A stretch of 64,000 nucleotides of DNA from a bacterium (GCA_963693055.1 OY843751.1:1088001-1152000), one strand, 5' to 3'; counted from the first letter of the stretch, positions 42,911 through 53,220 are shown. Made by a program: numbers and translations. Notes: generated by a model not told the origin, from the letters alone.

Positions 42911-43948
42911 ATGCGAAAGAACCTTTACTTTGTATGTTTGTTCATGATTGCAATATCAATATTTTGCAAAAAGGCCCCCACTTCTGTTACAGAATTAAAA
43001 CCGGGCAGCCGGAATTATGTGTGGGAAGTAGATACGCTGAATATGCCGATGAATTATCTTGACTCGGTATGGGGCGCTTCACCCAATGATGTCTGGGCGA
43101 TTGGTGGTGTCGGTTCTTACCAGGACAGGCTCCAGCATTATGACGGCGTCAAATGGACGCCTTATACGAAAGAAGCCATAAATGTTGGCGGCTACACACT
43201 TTGGGGATTTAGCGCCAATAATATATGGCTGGGCGGCCAGGGAGGTTGGGGTGTTGGTGGAGCTGCAATCTGGCATTATGACGGGGTCAGGTGGACTCAG
43301 AACTATGTATATGATGTGGAAGGGTCTTATTTAATGGAAGTGAGGGACATCTGGGGAGCGAATCCGAAGGACATCTATGCGTGTGGTTTAATTGTTTTTG
43401 TTGACGGTAAGACTACGGATCTTCGCGGTTTTGTGCTACACTATGACGGCAAGCGCTGGCGTGAAGTTCTAAGGGCAGATTTTGATTCCGAGTTTCATGT
43501 CGTTCGAAAGGAACGGGAGTCTGTCTATGTTTTCTCTACCAAATATATAAGGAGTGGAGGGGGGCTCGAGTTCTATGAAATTAAAGATAACAAGCTAAGA
43601 CAAATGTATTCGGGGCCGCAGACCCAAGGTATACATCTGTGTGATATCCAGGGCAAAGTTTTTTTTATTATGGGCCACGATATTTGCAGGTATATTGATG
43701 GAGCTTTTGTAAAACAATACTCTATTAATTTAGATAATTTCGGTAATTATCTTTGGGGAAGGCATGAAAACGATCAATTCATCCGGATGACTGACGGGAT
43801 TGCACACTATAACGGTACAGATATCGAGTACATTTACTCATTCCCCCAATTAGAGATTAATATTGCAGATGCTGTCCTGCTCGAAAAGGACGTATTTTTC
43901 TGTGATTATAGGAATAATCTGGTAATCCACGGTAGGTTGAAAGAATAA
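42911..43948 (+). CDS. Lipoprotein with W-G-x4-D-V-W / HYDG..W beta-propeller repeats
   Basis: gaggag RBS, IFC lipobox, VWGASPNDVWAIG and HYDGVKW repeats. Confidence 0.75.
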   Translation: MRKNLYFVCLFMIAISIFCKKAPTSVTELKPGSRNYVWEVDTLNMPMNYLDSVWGASPNDVWAIGGVGSYQDRLQHYDGVKWTPYTKEAINVGGYTLWGFSANNIWLGGQGGWGVGGAAIWHYDGVRWTQNYVYDVEGSYLMEVRDIWGANPKDIYACGLIVFVDGKTTDLRGFVLHYDGKRWREVLRADFDSEFHVVRKERESVYVFSTKYIRSGGGLEFYEIKDNKLRQMYSGPQTQGIHLCDIQGKVFFIMGHDICRYIDGAFVKQYSINLDNFGNYLWGRHENDQFIRMTDGIAHYNGTDIEYIYSFPQLEINIADAVLLEKDVFFCDYRNNLVIHGRLKE

Positions 43949-43988
43949 AGGAGAATACCAGCTAAAGAAAAGCCCATCATTTTTTTTT

Positions 43989-44070
43989 AAGAGTGTTTGC
44001 CTGAATAGCAAGGATTTTTCAATGTTTGTCAATCCGGCGGACGCACAGGTCCGCCCTAACAGAAACGATT
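43989..44070 (+). repeat. 82-bp direct repeat copy 1 containing a ggcggac-gcacag-gtccgcc REP-like palindrome
   Basis: 77/82 identical to 53331-53412 by manual alignment. Confidence 0.85.
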
Positions 44071-44152
44071 TTGATTGCGATTTATATTTATGCATTGCGG
44101 GATATGGGGTAGGGGACTTGGGGAATAGGTTACAAGGTAGAGCCTTGTAACC
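44071..44152 (+). repeat. Hairpin repeat copy D fused to a REP (44128-44152)
   Basis: ttgattgcgatttatatttatgcattgcgggatatgggg aligns to copies A-C, then ggttacaaggtagagccttgtaacc. Confidence 0.7.
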
Positions 44153-44303
44153 AGTGGGTGCCTTGTTTGGGGCAAGATTGGGATGGACAAATCAAAGCCC
44201 ATATCAGGATTTGTAGAATGTTTTGACAGGGGTTTACAGTTTTTACGACTATAATTAAATATTTTTAGTTTTTCGTTTTTTTTTGCGAGTTTTGCGATTT
44301 TAC

Positions 44304-44402
44304 TTGACAGTGATTATTTCTTTTTGTATTATTCAAAAGAGAAGCAAATCTTTTATTATTAGAAGTAAAAATTTCAATTTTCGGGGCGACTCACGGGGAC
44401 TC
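44304..44402 (+). promoter_or_regulatory. Repeated promoter+leader element, copy 4 (3'-truncated)
   Basis: TTGACA(44304)-17-TATTAT(44327); the leader stops after ggggcgactcacggggactc. Confidence 0.75.
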
Positions 44403-44489
44403 TGATATTTTAAGTGAGTATATCAATTTATTCGGTTAATAAACCGTCATACTAGATCTACGTGATTTGAAATCAAGGGGTTTTTTATT

Positions 44490-45557
44490 ATGCAGATTAA
44501 GCAAAGTTTGATAATCATAGTATTACTAATTGTTAATTTGGTTTATTTCGATTGTATTCGTAATAAAGATACGATTGTTGGATGGCAGTACCAACCTGTG
44601 GGCTTTCGTACACAAATAGCCACTTTTGCTGAAACCTTTGCGGTTGTATGTGCAGATAGCTCATTTTTGATATGGGGTTACAATTATACCGGATTATTGG
44701 GGAATGGTTTGGTTGATGATAATTTTGAAGCAATTCCCCGCAAAATACCGGATTTGAATAACATTACAGCAGTGGATCTGCATTACGGTCATGCCCTTGC
44801 TGCTGATAGTGATGGAAATATTTGGTATTGGGGGCACAATTCTACTCGTTTTTATAGTGAATATATAACAGAGCCTGTTATTATCTCAAAATTAAAAAAT
44901 GTTGTACAAATTGATATTATAACTGATAATTTTAAACTGCTCTGTAATGATGGTTCTGTCTGGCAAATTAAATGGGATTATCACGAACCATCAAGATGGA
45001 TCAAAGCTGAGCGTATTAAAAGCTTAACAAATATTTGTCAGATTTCTGAAGGAATGGCCTTGTCCGGATTTGGAAAGGTTTTTGAGCTAGAGCCAACATT
45101 GTTGCCCAGTGCTAGAGATGTTGAAATTGCAAATACACTTGATGATATCAAACAAATTCAACAGGTTTATGGTCGTCATAGTCTGGTGTTAAAAAAAGAC
45201 GGAACGGTTTGGGCTTGGGGGAGGAACAGCTTGGGTGATCTGGGGGATGGAACGCAAATTGATAAACGCACTCCTATCCAGGTTCAGAGTTTGAGTGACA
45301 TTCAAAGTATTCATGCCAACTATAATTATAATTGTGCAATTAAACGAGACGGCAGCTTGTGGTATTGGGGCTATACCGGTAAAGAGAATGATGTTGCTAC
45401 GTTCATCACACCGCCAGTTCAGGTGCCGGCAATTTCAAATGTGGAATCAGTTGATCCAATGCCGGTTACATTTGTAAAGACCAGAGATAGAGCTTATTGG
45501 GCAATTGACATTACAGGCCAGCACGATTTAATCCCAAAGTTATTATTTCAGGATTAG
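44490..45557 (+). CDS. RCC1-repeat beta-propeller protein (lipoprotein-like)
   Basis: HSLVLKKDGTVWAWGRNSLGDLGDGT and related RCC1 blades; leader ending FDC. Confidence 0.85.
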   Translation: MQIKQSLIIIVLLIVNLVYFDCIRNKDTIVGWQYQPVGFRTQIATFAETFAVVCADSSFLIWGYNYTGLLGNGLVDDNFEAIPRKIPDLNNITAVDLHYGHALAADSDGNIWYWGHNSTRFYSEYITEPVIISKLKNVVQIDIITDNFKLLCNDGSVWQIKWDYHEPSRWIKAERIKSLTNICQISEGMALSGFGKVFELEPTLLPSARDVEIANTLDDIKQIQQVYGRHSLVLKKDGTVWAWGRNSLGDLGDGTQIDKRTPIQVQSLSDIQSIHANYNYNCAIKRDGSLWYWGYTGKENDVATFITPPVQVPAISNVESVDPMPVTFVKTRDRAYWAIDITGQHDLIPKLLFQD

Positions 45558-45613
45558 TATAATCATGAATGAAAAGATAATAACTATATTAATTTGTAAT
45601 TATAAACCCGTAG

Positions 45614-47018
45614 TGTTTCCGTATAAAGTTTAAGAATAAAATATTTTTAGTTTAGTGCATGGATTATTATCTTGTAAAAGAAAGGAGCAAAAAATCCATG
45701 CCAAAACAAAAGTATACATCAGAGTTCAAAGTACGCACAGTGTTAGAAGGTCTCAAGTCACCAGACGGGATTGCCGCCTATTGTCGCCAAAAAGGGATTA
45801 GTGAGGTTCAATTTTATGGTTGGCAGAGACAGATGATCGAGAATGCGGATTCGGTATTCCACAAGATGTCCAAAGCTCAGGAACGCAAGGTTTCGCAAAT
45901 GGAAGCAGATCTGAAACGCAAGGATGAAATCATAGCGGTGGTTACTGAAGAAGCGTTAGAGCTCAAAAAAAAACTGCGCAAATAAAGCGCTACCGCCATC
46001 TGGATATTGCAACGCGAATGGATCTGTTAGGGATGCTGGAGCGCTATGCCCAATACGGATGGAGTAAAGAATCAATATGCCGGAAATGGGGCATCAGCCT
46101 CAATTCATTTTACTCATTCAATCCGGCTCCAAAAGGAAAAGCAGGTTCGTTGAAAATCCAGATAAACAAGATCACTGACGAAGAAAAGACCAAAGTCATA
46201 TCTTATGCTCTTTCCCATACGGACCTGAACCATAGAGAAATGGCGTATCGCATGATTGACGAAAACATCGTTTTTATGAGTCCATCGAGCGTGTATCGCA
46301 TCCTTAGAGAAAACAATCTGTTAGTACGTCGCCAGCCGAGACCAAAGCGAGAATATTGGGATACTCATGCCAGATTGACAGGCCCCGATAAAGTCTGGCA
46401 AACCGATCTGATGGTGGTCCGGTATAAAAATCGGGATTATTATCTATTGTCTTACATGGATGTATTTTCACGATGTATTGTATATTACAAACTTTGCAGC
46501 AGCATGACAGGTGACACAGTTAAGGAGGCAACCCTGGAAGCATTTGCGGTAACAAATAAAAAGCCTGAGGTTATCCAATCAGATAATGGCAGTTGTTTTA
46601 TTAGCAGCGAGTACAAAAGATGTTTTGTAAACAGCCCAATGGAACACCGTTTTATACATCCACATTGTCCGAACGAAAATGCCGAGATCGAACGATATCA
46701 CCGGACATTGCGAGAGTTGATAGATCCGTATGATGCCAGAGATTTTAATCATCTGTGCGAACTTGTCAAAGAACAGATTGAATATTATAATCACAAACGC
46801 TATCATTCCGGGATAGGATTTGTACCGCCATGGCTGAAATATACTGGTAAGGCAGATTCACTGATCAAGTCCCGAAAACAAAAGATACAAATAGCCAAAC
46901 AGAAACGTATGAAACAAAACTGGACAAATTATCAAAGCGCAATTCAAACAATCAAACAAAAAGCAGCATAATGTACTAAACTAAAATTTTTCCATTTTTA
47001 AACATTATGTGTGAAACA
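45614..47018 (+). mobile_element. IS3-family insertion sequence
   Basis: TG...CA ends with ~47-bp imperfect inverted repeats (tgtttcc...tttagtttagtgcat / atgtactaaactaaaa...gaaaca); orfA/orfB. No target duplication is visible. Confidence 0.85.
45698..46971 (+). CDS. IS3-family transposase OrfAB via programmed -1 frameshift
   Basis: OrfA HTH at 45698-45985; A9 run at 45965-45973; the -1 frame stays open into the rve DDE domain (WQTDL, SDNGSCF, EIERYHRTL). Confidence 0.85.
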
Positions 47019-47095
47019 ATTAGATATTATTAATTGAAGAGATAAATTCTATAAATACGATAACAATCTAAGGTGTGGTATTATGAAAAAATTAT

Positions 47096-48535
47096 GAGTT
47101 ATATTCTAATGTTGTGGATGACTTGAAAAAATAAATAAAAAAGCGTATCCTATAGTTTTTAAGTATTTTTTTTCGACCAAGAAAAAAGATAAAACCAAAA
47201 AGGACACGCTATGAAAAAAGGTAATACAACAAAGTCAGAACTGCAAGCAGAAACCACAACATTCAATAAAAGTTTGGATGAAATTATTCGAAATGGAGCG
47301 CAACAAATATTGGCAGCAGCCATAGAAAACGAAGTTCAGGAATACCTTGATCGCTATAAAAATCACAGAGATGAACAAGGTCACCGCCTGGCCGTACGCA
47401 ATGGTTCCATGCCGGAGCGCACAATATTGTCCAGTTCAGGTCCAATAACGATCCGGCAGCCGCGAGTGGATGACAGGAAATTACGGCAGGAACATGGCGT
47501 AGAAGGCTTTACAAGTGAGATACTACCCAAATACCTGAGACGGACACCCAGCCTGAATAACCTGATACCTGCCCTTTATTTGAAGGGCATTTCGACACAG
47601 GACTTCCCGGCTGCATTGTCGGCTATACTTGGAGATAAAGTCAAAGGACTTTCAGCCAACACGGTTGTGCGCTTGAAAGAAGAATGGGAGTCAGAGTACA
47701 AGCAATGGGCCAGGCGTGATCTGTCCGGCAAACACTATGTATACATCTGGGCCGATGGTGTCTATTTCAATGTTCGATTGAAAGGCGTAAATCCTTGTAT
47801 TTTAGTGATTATTGGAGCGGACGAATATGGGCGAAAAGAGCTTTTGGCGGTCAAAGAAGGCTTTCGAGAAAGCGAATTGAGCTGGAAAGAACTGCTGTTG
47901 GAGTTAAAGGACCAGGGACTTGAGATGGGACCGAAACTGGCAATCGCAGACGGTGCCCTCGGTTTTTGGAAAGCTTTGCCACAAGTTTATCCCGAGTCTC
48001 GTGAACAGCGCTGCTGGGTCCACAAGACAGCCAACATATTGGATAAGCTACCGAAAAGTGCGCAGACAAATGCCAAATCGCTTATTCATGAAATGTATAT
48101 GGCTGAGACCAAAGAAAATGCGTTAATCGCTTATCATAGATTTATCAAAATTTATGAAGACAAGTATCCCAAAGTTGTTAATTGTCTGGTAAAAGATTAT
48201 GATCAACTTTTTACTTTTTATGATTTCCCGGATTCACATTGGCAGCATATCCGGACCACGAATCCCATTGAATCTACCTTTGCTACAGTGAGACTCAGGA
48301 CGCGGAGAACAAAGGGCTGCGGTTCAAGTCAGGCGACTTTGACTATGGTTTTTAAACTGGCTAAAGAAGCGGAAAAACGGTGGCGGCGTTTGAGAGGGTA
48401 CAAGTGGATACCATTTGTGATTAAAGGAGAAAAATTTGTGAATGGTGAACCGGAAAATCAGGAATTGTTTAAGTTGGCAGCTTAACTTTTATGAAATGGA
48501 TACGCTTTTTGATCCACAACTATTGACAATAACTC
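47096..48535 (+). mobile_element. IS256-family insertion sequence
   Basis: Inverted repeats gagttat...gttgtggat / atccacaac...ataactc; 9-bp target duplication aaaaattat (47087-47095, 48536-48544). Confidence 0.92.
47211..48485 (+). CDS. IS256-family (mutator-type) transposase
   Basis: YIWADGV, IADGALGFW, QRCWVHK, RTTNPIES. Confidence 0.95.
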   Translation: MKKGNTTKSELQAETTTFNKSLDEIIRNGAQQILAAAIENEVQEYLDRYKNHRDEQGHRLAVRNGSMPERTILSSSGPITIRQPRVDDRKLRQEHGVEGFTSEILPKYLRRTPSLNNLIPALYLKGISTQDFPAALSAILGDKVKGLSANTVVRLKEEWESEYKQWARRDLSGKHYVYIWADGVYFNVRLKGVNPCILVIIGADEYGRKELLAVKEGFRESELSWKELLLELKDQGLEMGPKLAIADGALGFWKALPQVYPESREQRCWVHKTANILDKLPKSAQTNAKSLIHEMYMAETKENALIAYHRFIKIYEDKYPKVVNCLVKDYDQLFTFYDFPDSHWQHIRTTNPIESTFATVRLRTRRTKGCGSSQATLTMVFKLAKEAEKRWRRLRGYKWIPFVIKGEKFVNGEPENQELFKLAA

Positions 48536-49291
48536 AAAAATTATTAGTGTGTTGTCTTTGTTGTTTATTTTGTGATAATGTTAATGATGTTTCAACAACA
48601 CCCAGTAATATTAAAGACTCGATATTATTATTAGAAATAAAAAGAGATATGACAGTTCGATGCCGAGACGAGTCATGTGTTGAACTCTTTATTGATTTTC
48701 CAATATATAAATATGATAATGAAAAAAATCAACTAACTTTTTTTATTTATACAGATACATTATTTATAGGAGATCATTTATGTGAATTATTAGTAATCCA
48801 AGAGTTGGAATTACAAGATACTTTTAGTGGAAAAACTGGTAATATGAAACCTATTTATAGCTATCCAGATTCTCTTGGTATTATCAATTTTGATAACTTT
48901 AATGATCAGAACATTGTAATTCAAGCAATTGAACCTGACGAAACAATTTTATTAAAATATGAACAAAAAGAGTTGAAAGTGGAGAAAAGCAAGAGTATCA
49001 ATTTTAATTTTACTGGAGATCATCAGGTTTTAGGAAGTGAGGTGTCAATTGATGATAAGATAAAAATAATAAATTATGGTTCAATTAATAAAGAAAATAT
49101 TCTATTTAATTAACAAGGAGTATTTTATTATGAATAAACAAATTAAACTAAAAATATTTTTTTTATTTTGTTTTTTTTCAAATACGATTTTCGCAACAAT
49201 TCTCGAAAAATATGACACTGAGAAGTTATCAAATAAGTCTGATTTGATAGTTGTTGGTTTAGTACAAAGTATTGACTATGAGTATGATGAA

Positions 49292-50722
49292 CAGGACACC
49301 CCCGAAAAATCACAAATCATATTACTGTAAGTAATAAAAAATAATGGAGATAGAAGCAAAAAAAGCTTGTAAAAATAAAAAAAGGTTGCCTCATTATAGT
49401 TGACAGACCATAATATAGGAGGCAACCCATGGACATCACAAAACGAGTCCAAGTAAAACTTAATCAAGTGACAGCGAAATATCAAGCAGAATTCAACCGA
49501 CCGGACTATAAATTTATCAGAGACATGCATTATGGGATATTATGCTCGGGACATGTACATTTAAATAAAATCGCATCAACCCTAAAGGAAGAGACGAGCC
49601 TAAAAAAGACAACAGAACGAATGTCAAACCATCTGGGCCGACCAGGATTTGACAGAGAATTAACCATTAGTCATCTGAAAATAAATAAGAGGAGATTTTC
49701 AGATTCCAGATATTTGATAGCAGATATGAGTGATATAATAAAGCCTTATGCGGAAAAGATGGAAGGGCTTGATCGTGTTTATGATGGCAGCACCAAAGAA
49801 CTGGGAAATGGATATTGGCAACTGAATATCATTGGAGTTGATAAAACCGGAACATCCATCATGCCGCTGGTGAGTACGCTTTGGGCGACGGATCAGGAAG
49901 AAGGCAAAGGTATTTCAGAGAACAAGAAAATCCTCGAATCCGTGGACACGATTCGAGAACATATTCATGGAGAACAGATAGTTGTTTATGATCGCGGAGG
50001 TGATCGTAGCAAACTGATGAACAAATGGATTAAGCAAAAACAACACTTTATAATACGGCAAACCGGGTACCGGGATATATTTGTTCAAGGAGTAAAGAAG
50101 AATTTAAAGAAATATGCCGAAAAAATCCGTCCCAGTACTGAAATTACCGTGCAGAAAAAACGCCGGAACAGGCTGATAAAGCGATGTTTTCAATGCGGTG
50201 CCCGTAAAGTATATCTGCCAAAGCAGTATGGGGATGGCCCAATGGATACCGGATTATGGCTGATTTCAGTCACTGAACCTGGCAAAGGCAAAAGCTGGTT
50301 TTTAAGCTTTATACCGGCAGAGACTGAACGTGAGGCCATAGAGATTACCATGGAAGGCTATGGTTACCGGTGGAAAATTGAAGAGGTACATCGTCAAATA
50401 AAAAATGATTATCATCTTGAAGACATTTGCCTTAAAAGGTATGTTGCGCTAAAAAATTTTAATGCCCTGTTTTGGAATGTCATGAGTTTTATCTATTGTC
50501 ATTTGGATAATATTTGTTTACATATTTTAGATCAATCTCAAGCTCCGTTGGTGTATAGAAGGAAATTAAACGAGTTTATTGGGTTTGTTTATTATAAACT
50601 GGCAAAGGCATTAAGGATCATTTTACCCAATATAAAGCTCAGAAAATTAAAGTGTAATAATCATGCCGGTGACAAAAACCAATTGTTTTTAGCCCTCGAA
50701 TAAAAAAATCGGGGGTACCCTG
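49292..50722 (+). mobile_element. IS4-superfamily insertion sequence
   Basis: Inverted repeats caggacacccccga / tcgggggtaccctg; 10-bp target duplication gtatgatgaa (49282-49291, 50723-50732). Confidence 0.9.
49429..50703 (+). CDS. DDE transposase (IS4-like, YREK motif)
   Basis: IADMSDI, YDRGGD, YGYRWKIEEVHRQIK. Confidence 0.88.
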   Translation: MDITKRVQVKLNQVTAKYQAEFNRPDYKFIRDMHYGILCSGHVHLNKIASTLKEETSLKKTTERMSNHLGRPGFDRELTISHLKINKRRFSDSRYLIADMSDIIKPYAEKMEGLDRVYDGSTKELGNGYWQLNIIGVDKTGTSIMPLVSTLWATDQEEGKGISENKKILESVDTIREHIHGEQIVVYDRGGDRSKLMNKWIKQKQHFIIRQTGYRDIFVQGVKKNLKKYAEKIRPSTEITVQKKRRNRLIKRCFQCGARKVYLPKQYGDGPMDTGLWLISVTEPGKGKSWFLSFIPAETEREAIEITMEGYGYRWKIEEVHRQIKNDYHLEDICLKRYVALKNFNALFWNVMSFIYCHLDNICLHILDQSQAPLVYRRKLNEFIGFVYYKLAKALRIILPNIKLRKLKCNNHAGDKNQLFLALE

Positions 50723-51063
50723 GTATGATGAACAGTTGAAAATGATTTTTACCATAGTTCATATTTATCCTGAAAAGTTAATTAAGGGGTTTTTACCTGA
50801 CGATTCAATCAAATTGTTAATTCCTGGAGGACGATATAATGAAAGGAATATTATTGTTGACGGGACACCTGATTTTAAATTAGGAGAAAAAGTGATAGTA
50901 TTTTTAGAACCAGAGATAAAAAAATCATTTAGAGTAACAGGTTGGTTTCAGGGGAAATTTATTATTGAAGATGGTAAAGTTAAAGAAAAAGATATCACTT
51001 TAGATCAGTTTGTTTCAGAAATTCTAAGTTATTTAAATAAATAGTATTTAGGGAGATGGTAGG

Positions 51064-53187
51064 ATGAAAAAATTTTTTTTATCAATAATTTTTTTAATTT
51101 TTATCGTTTCAATATGTTTCCCATATTCATACGATGAGGGAAATAGGTGGTTACATTCAAATATGCCAATTAAATATAAAATTAATACATCCAATGCACC
51201 TGCAGGAGCGATTGCTGTAATTGATGCAGCTTTTTCCACATGGGAAAGTGCTGCATCTTCTTGGATAGAATTTGAGAATGATGGAATTGGTAATTACACA
51301 TTTCAAGAAGATGGTGTTAATAGTTTGAGTTGGGGGTATGCATATGGTTCAATCGCTATGTCAGCAAGATATGATGAATATCCAATAATAGAAAAGGATA
51401 TTGTATTTAATAATATCTCTTATAATTGGAGTACAACAACACCACCACAAACTGGCTGTATGGATGTAGCAAATATTGCTACTCATGAGATAGGTCATTG
51501 GTTGCGTTTAATTGATTTATATGATAGTAGTGATAGTGATAAAACAATGTATGGTTATTCAGTTGTTGAAGAAACTAAGAAAAGATCTTTAACTTCTGAT
51601 GATATTAATGGAATCAGATATATATATATATAAATTAAAGTACCATATGATATTAGTACAATTGCAACAGCTATGACAAAAGCAAGAAATGGTCAAGAGA
51701 TTGTCATTGATTCCGGAATATTTAATGAGAATATTTCAATGAAATCCGGCGTAGATGTAATTGGTGCGGGGCGTGATGTAACAACCGTAACCGGACCGGT
51801 TTGGTACAGTAGTGATAGCAATACCATACTTCGAGACCTGTTTGTACAGGGACGTATTAATGTGACAGGTGGTGCAGTAAACCTGATTTACAAAGTTAAA
51901 AGCAGTCATCTCGATTATTATGGTGTTAATGCAATTGGTTCAAGTCCGTACATAGACCGGTTTTATTCCAATATTAGTCCCCATTATGGTTACGCGATAT
52001 ACGCGCACAACTCGTCTTATCCGGATGTGGTTAGCAGTTATATTACCAACAAGATATATGGTATTTTTGCTCAAAATTCTTCAGAAGCATATGTTGAAGA
52101 TACTTATTTTTGCAGCCAAACCGATTTGGATATTTTTGCAGATACGGGGTGTTATGTTGACGCGGAAGATGATGACAATATTTTCAGCGGCGACCCGGAT
52201 GATTACACCAGCGGTAATGTAGATTACCCATACAGTTGGGTGGAATGTGGTTTAATCAAAGCGGCCCCACGCGACATGATGGCGGAAACCTTTGCCCAGG
52301 GTGAGGTTGTGAATATCCGTAACGAGGCCGGTTTTAAAGCTTACAAGCAGGCAGCCGCTATTGTGAAAAATATCCGTAAAAACATGCTGAATGATTATAA
52401 AGCCAGGGGCGAATATAGCGCCAAGCAATACAACACAGAGTATGAATCCGCCATATCTATGTTTAAGGCGGTAGTGGATGATTATCCCGGGTCTGCATCG
52501 GCATTACTGGCCGCCGGACAGGTTTCTGATTGTTACAGAACAATAGGGCAGCCGGAATCGGCAGTAACATATTTGGGTTCTCTTGCTACTGATAAAGGTT
52601 ATAGCACCGTTCAGCCTGAAATTGAAAATATGCTCATTATTGCCAATCTTGATGCAGGTAAAACCCAAGAGGCATTGGCACTTGCGGACAAGGTGAGCAA
52701 TGTTGAAGGAAACGATCTGATAGCTTGTGAAGGGCTTTATCAGAAAGGAATAATCTATCGTCATTACTTGAACGATGAAGCCAAGGCAGCTGAGGCGTTT
52801 AGTGGTGTTGTTACGGATTATCCCGAATTTATGACGTCGCTTTCCGCGCAATTAGAGCTGGAAGATATGGGTAAAGAGGTGCCCAAACCTGAAAATATAG
52901 TACCGGAAGATATAACCTTTAGCGCGAGCAATTTCCCCAATCCATTTAATCCTGAAACAACCATTCAATACGCATTGCCGGAATCCGGTCATATCAAAGT
53001 ACAGATATTTGATATTCAGGGCCGTTTGGTAAGAACATTGGTCAATGCAACCATGAACGCGGGCGCGCACCAGGTGATCTGGAACAGCCGGGACCAGTAT
53101 GGTAATACCGTAGCGTCCGGCATGTATTTTTATCGTATGCAATACCAGGACCAGACCCTTACTCAAAAAATGGTACTTATGAGGTAA
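51064..53187 (+). pseudogene. Secreted matrixin (M10-like) metalloprotease - beta-helix - TPR - FlgD/T9SS-tail protein, split by one in-frame TAA (51631-51633)
   Basis: HEIGHWLRLID and Met-turn TMYG. Both ORFs share a frame, and the codons after the stop read IKVPYDISTIATAM (typical beta-helix domain start). C-terminal NFPNPFNP tail. Two separate genes remain possible. Confidence 0.65.
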
Positions 53188-53220
53188 GTTATGAAAAGCA
53201 GGCAAAATAGCTTGAAAATA

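Larger units (their letters stand above)
47083..49113 (+). pseudogene. Lipoprotein-like gene interrupted at codon 5 by IS256
   Basis: Removing 47096-48544 rejoins ATG AAA AAA TTA TTA GTG TGT... = MKKLLVCCLCCLFCDNVND. Confidence 0.8.
49130..51044 (+). pseudogene. Secreted matrixin-associated accessory protein interrupted by an IS4-type element
   Basis: aaggag RBS. Removing the IS rejoins ...SDLIVVGLVQSIDYEYDE|QLKMIFT...IPGGRY...GTPDFKLGEKVIVFL in frame. Confidence 0.8.

Noticed and set aside
28061-44402. Repeats as a CRISPR array or classical integron
   Set aside because: Copies are kilobases apart and carry their own promoters. No cas or intI gene is present, and I did not recognise attC core sites.
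51618-51633. (TA)7 tract as a phase-variation switch for the matrixin fusion
   Set aside because: The two halves are already in frame. Changing 1-2 units frameshifts, and changing 3 units recreates the TAA, so slippage cannot restore the fusion.
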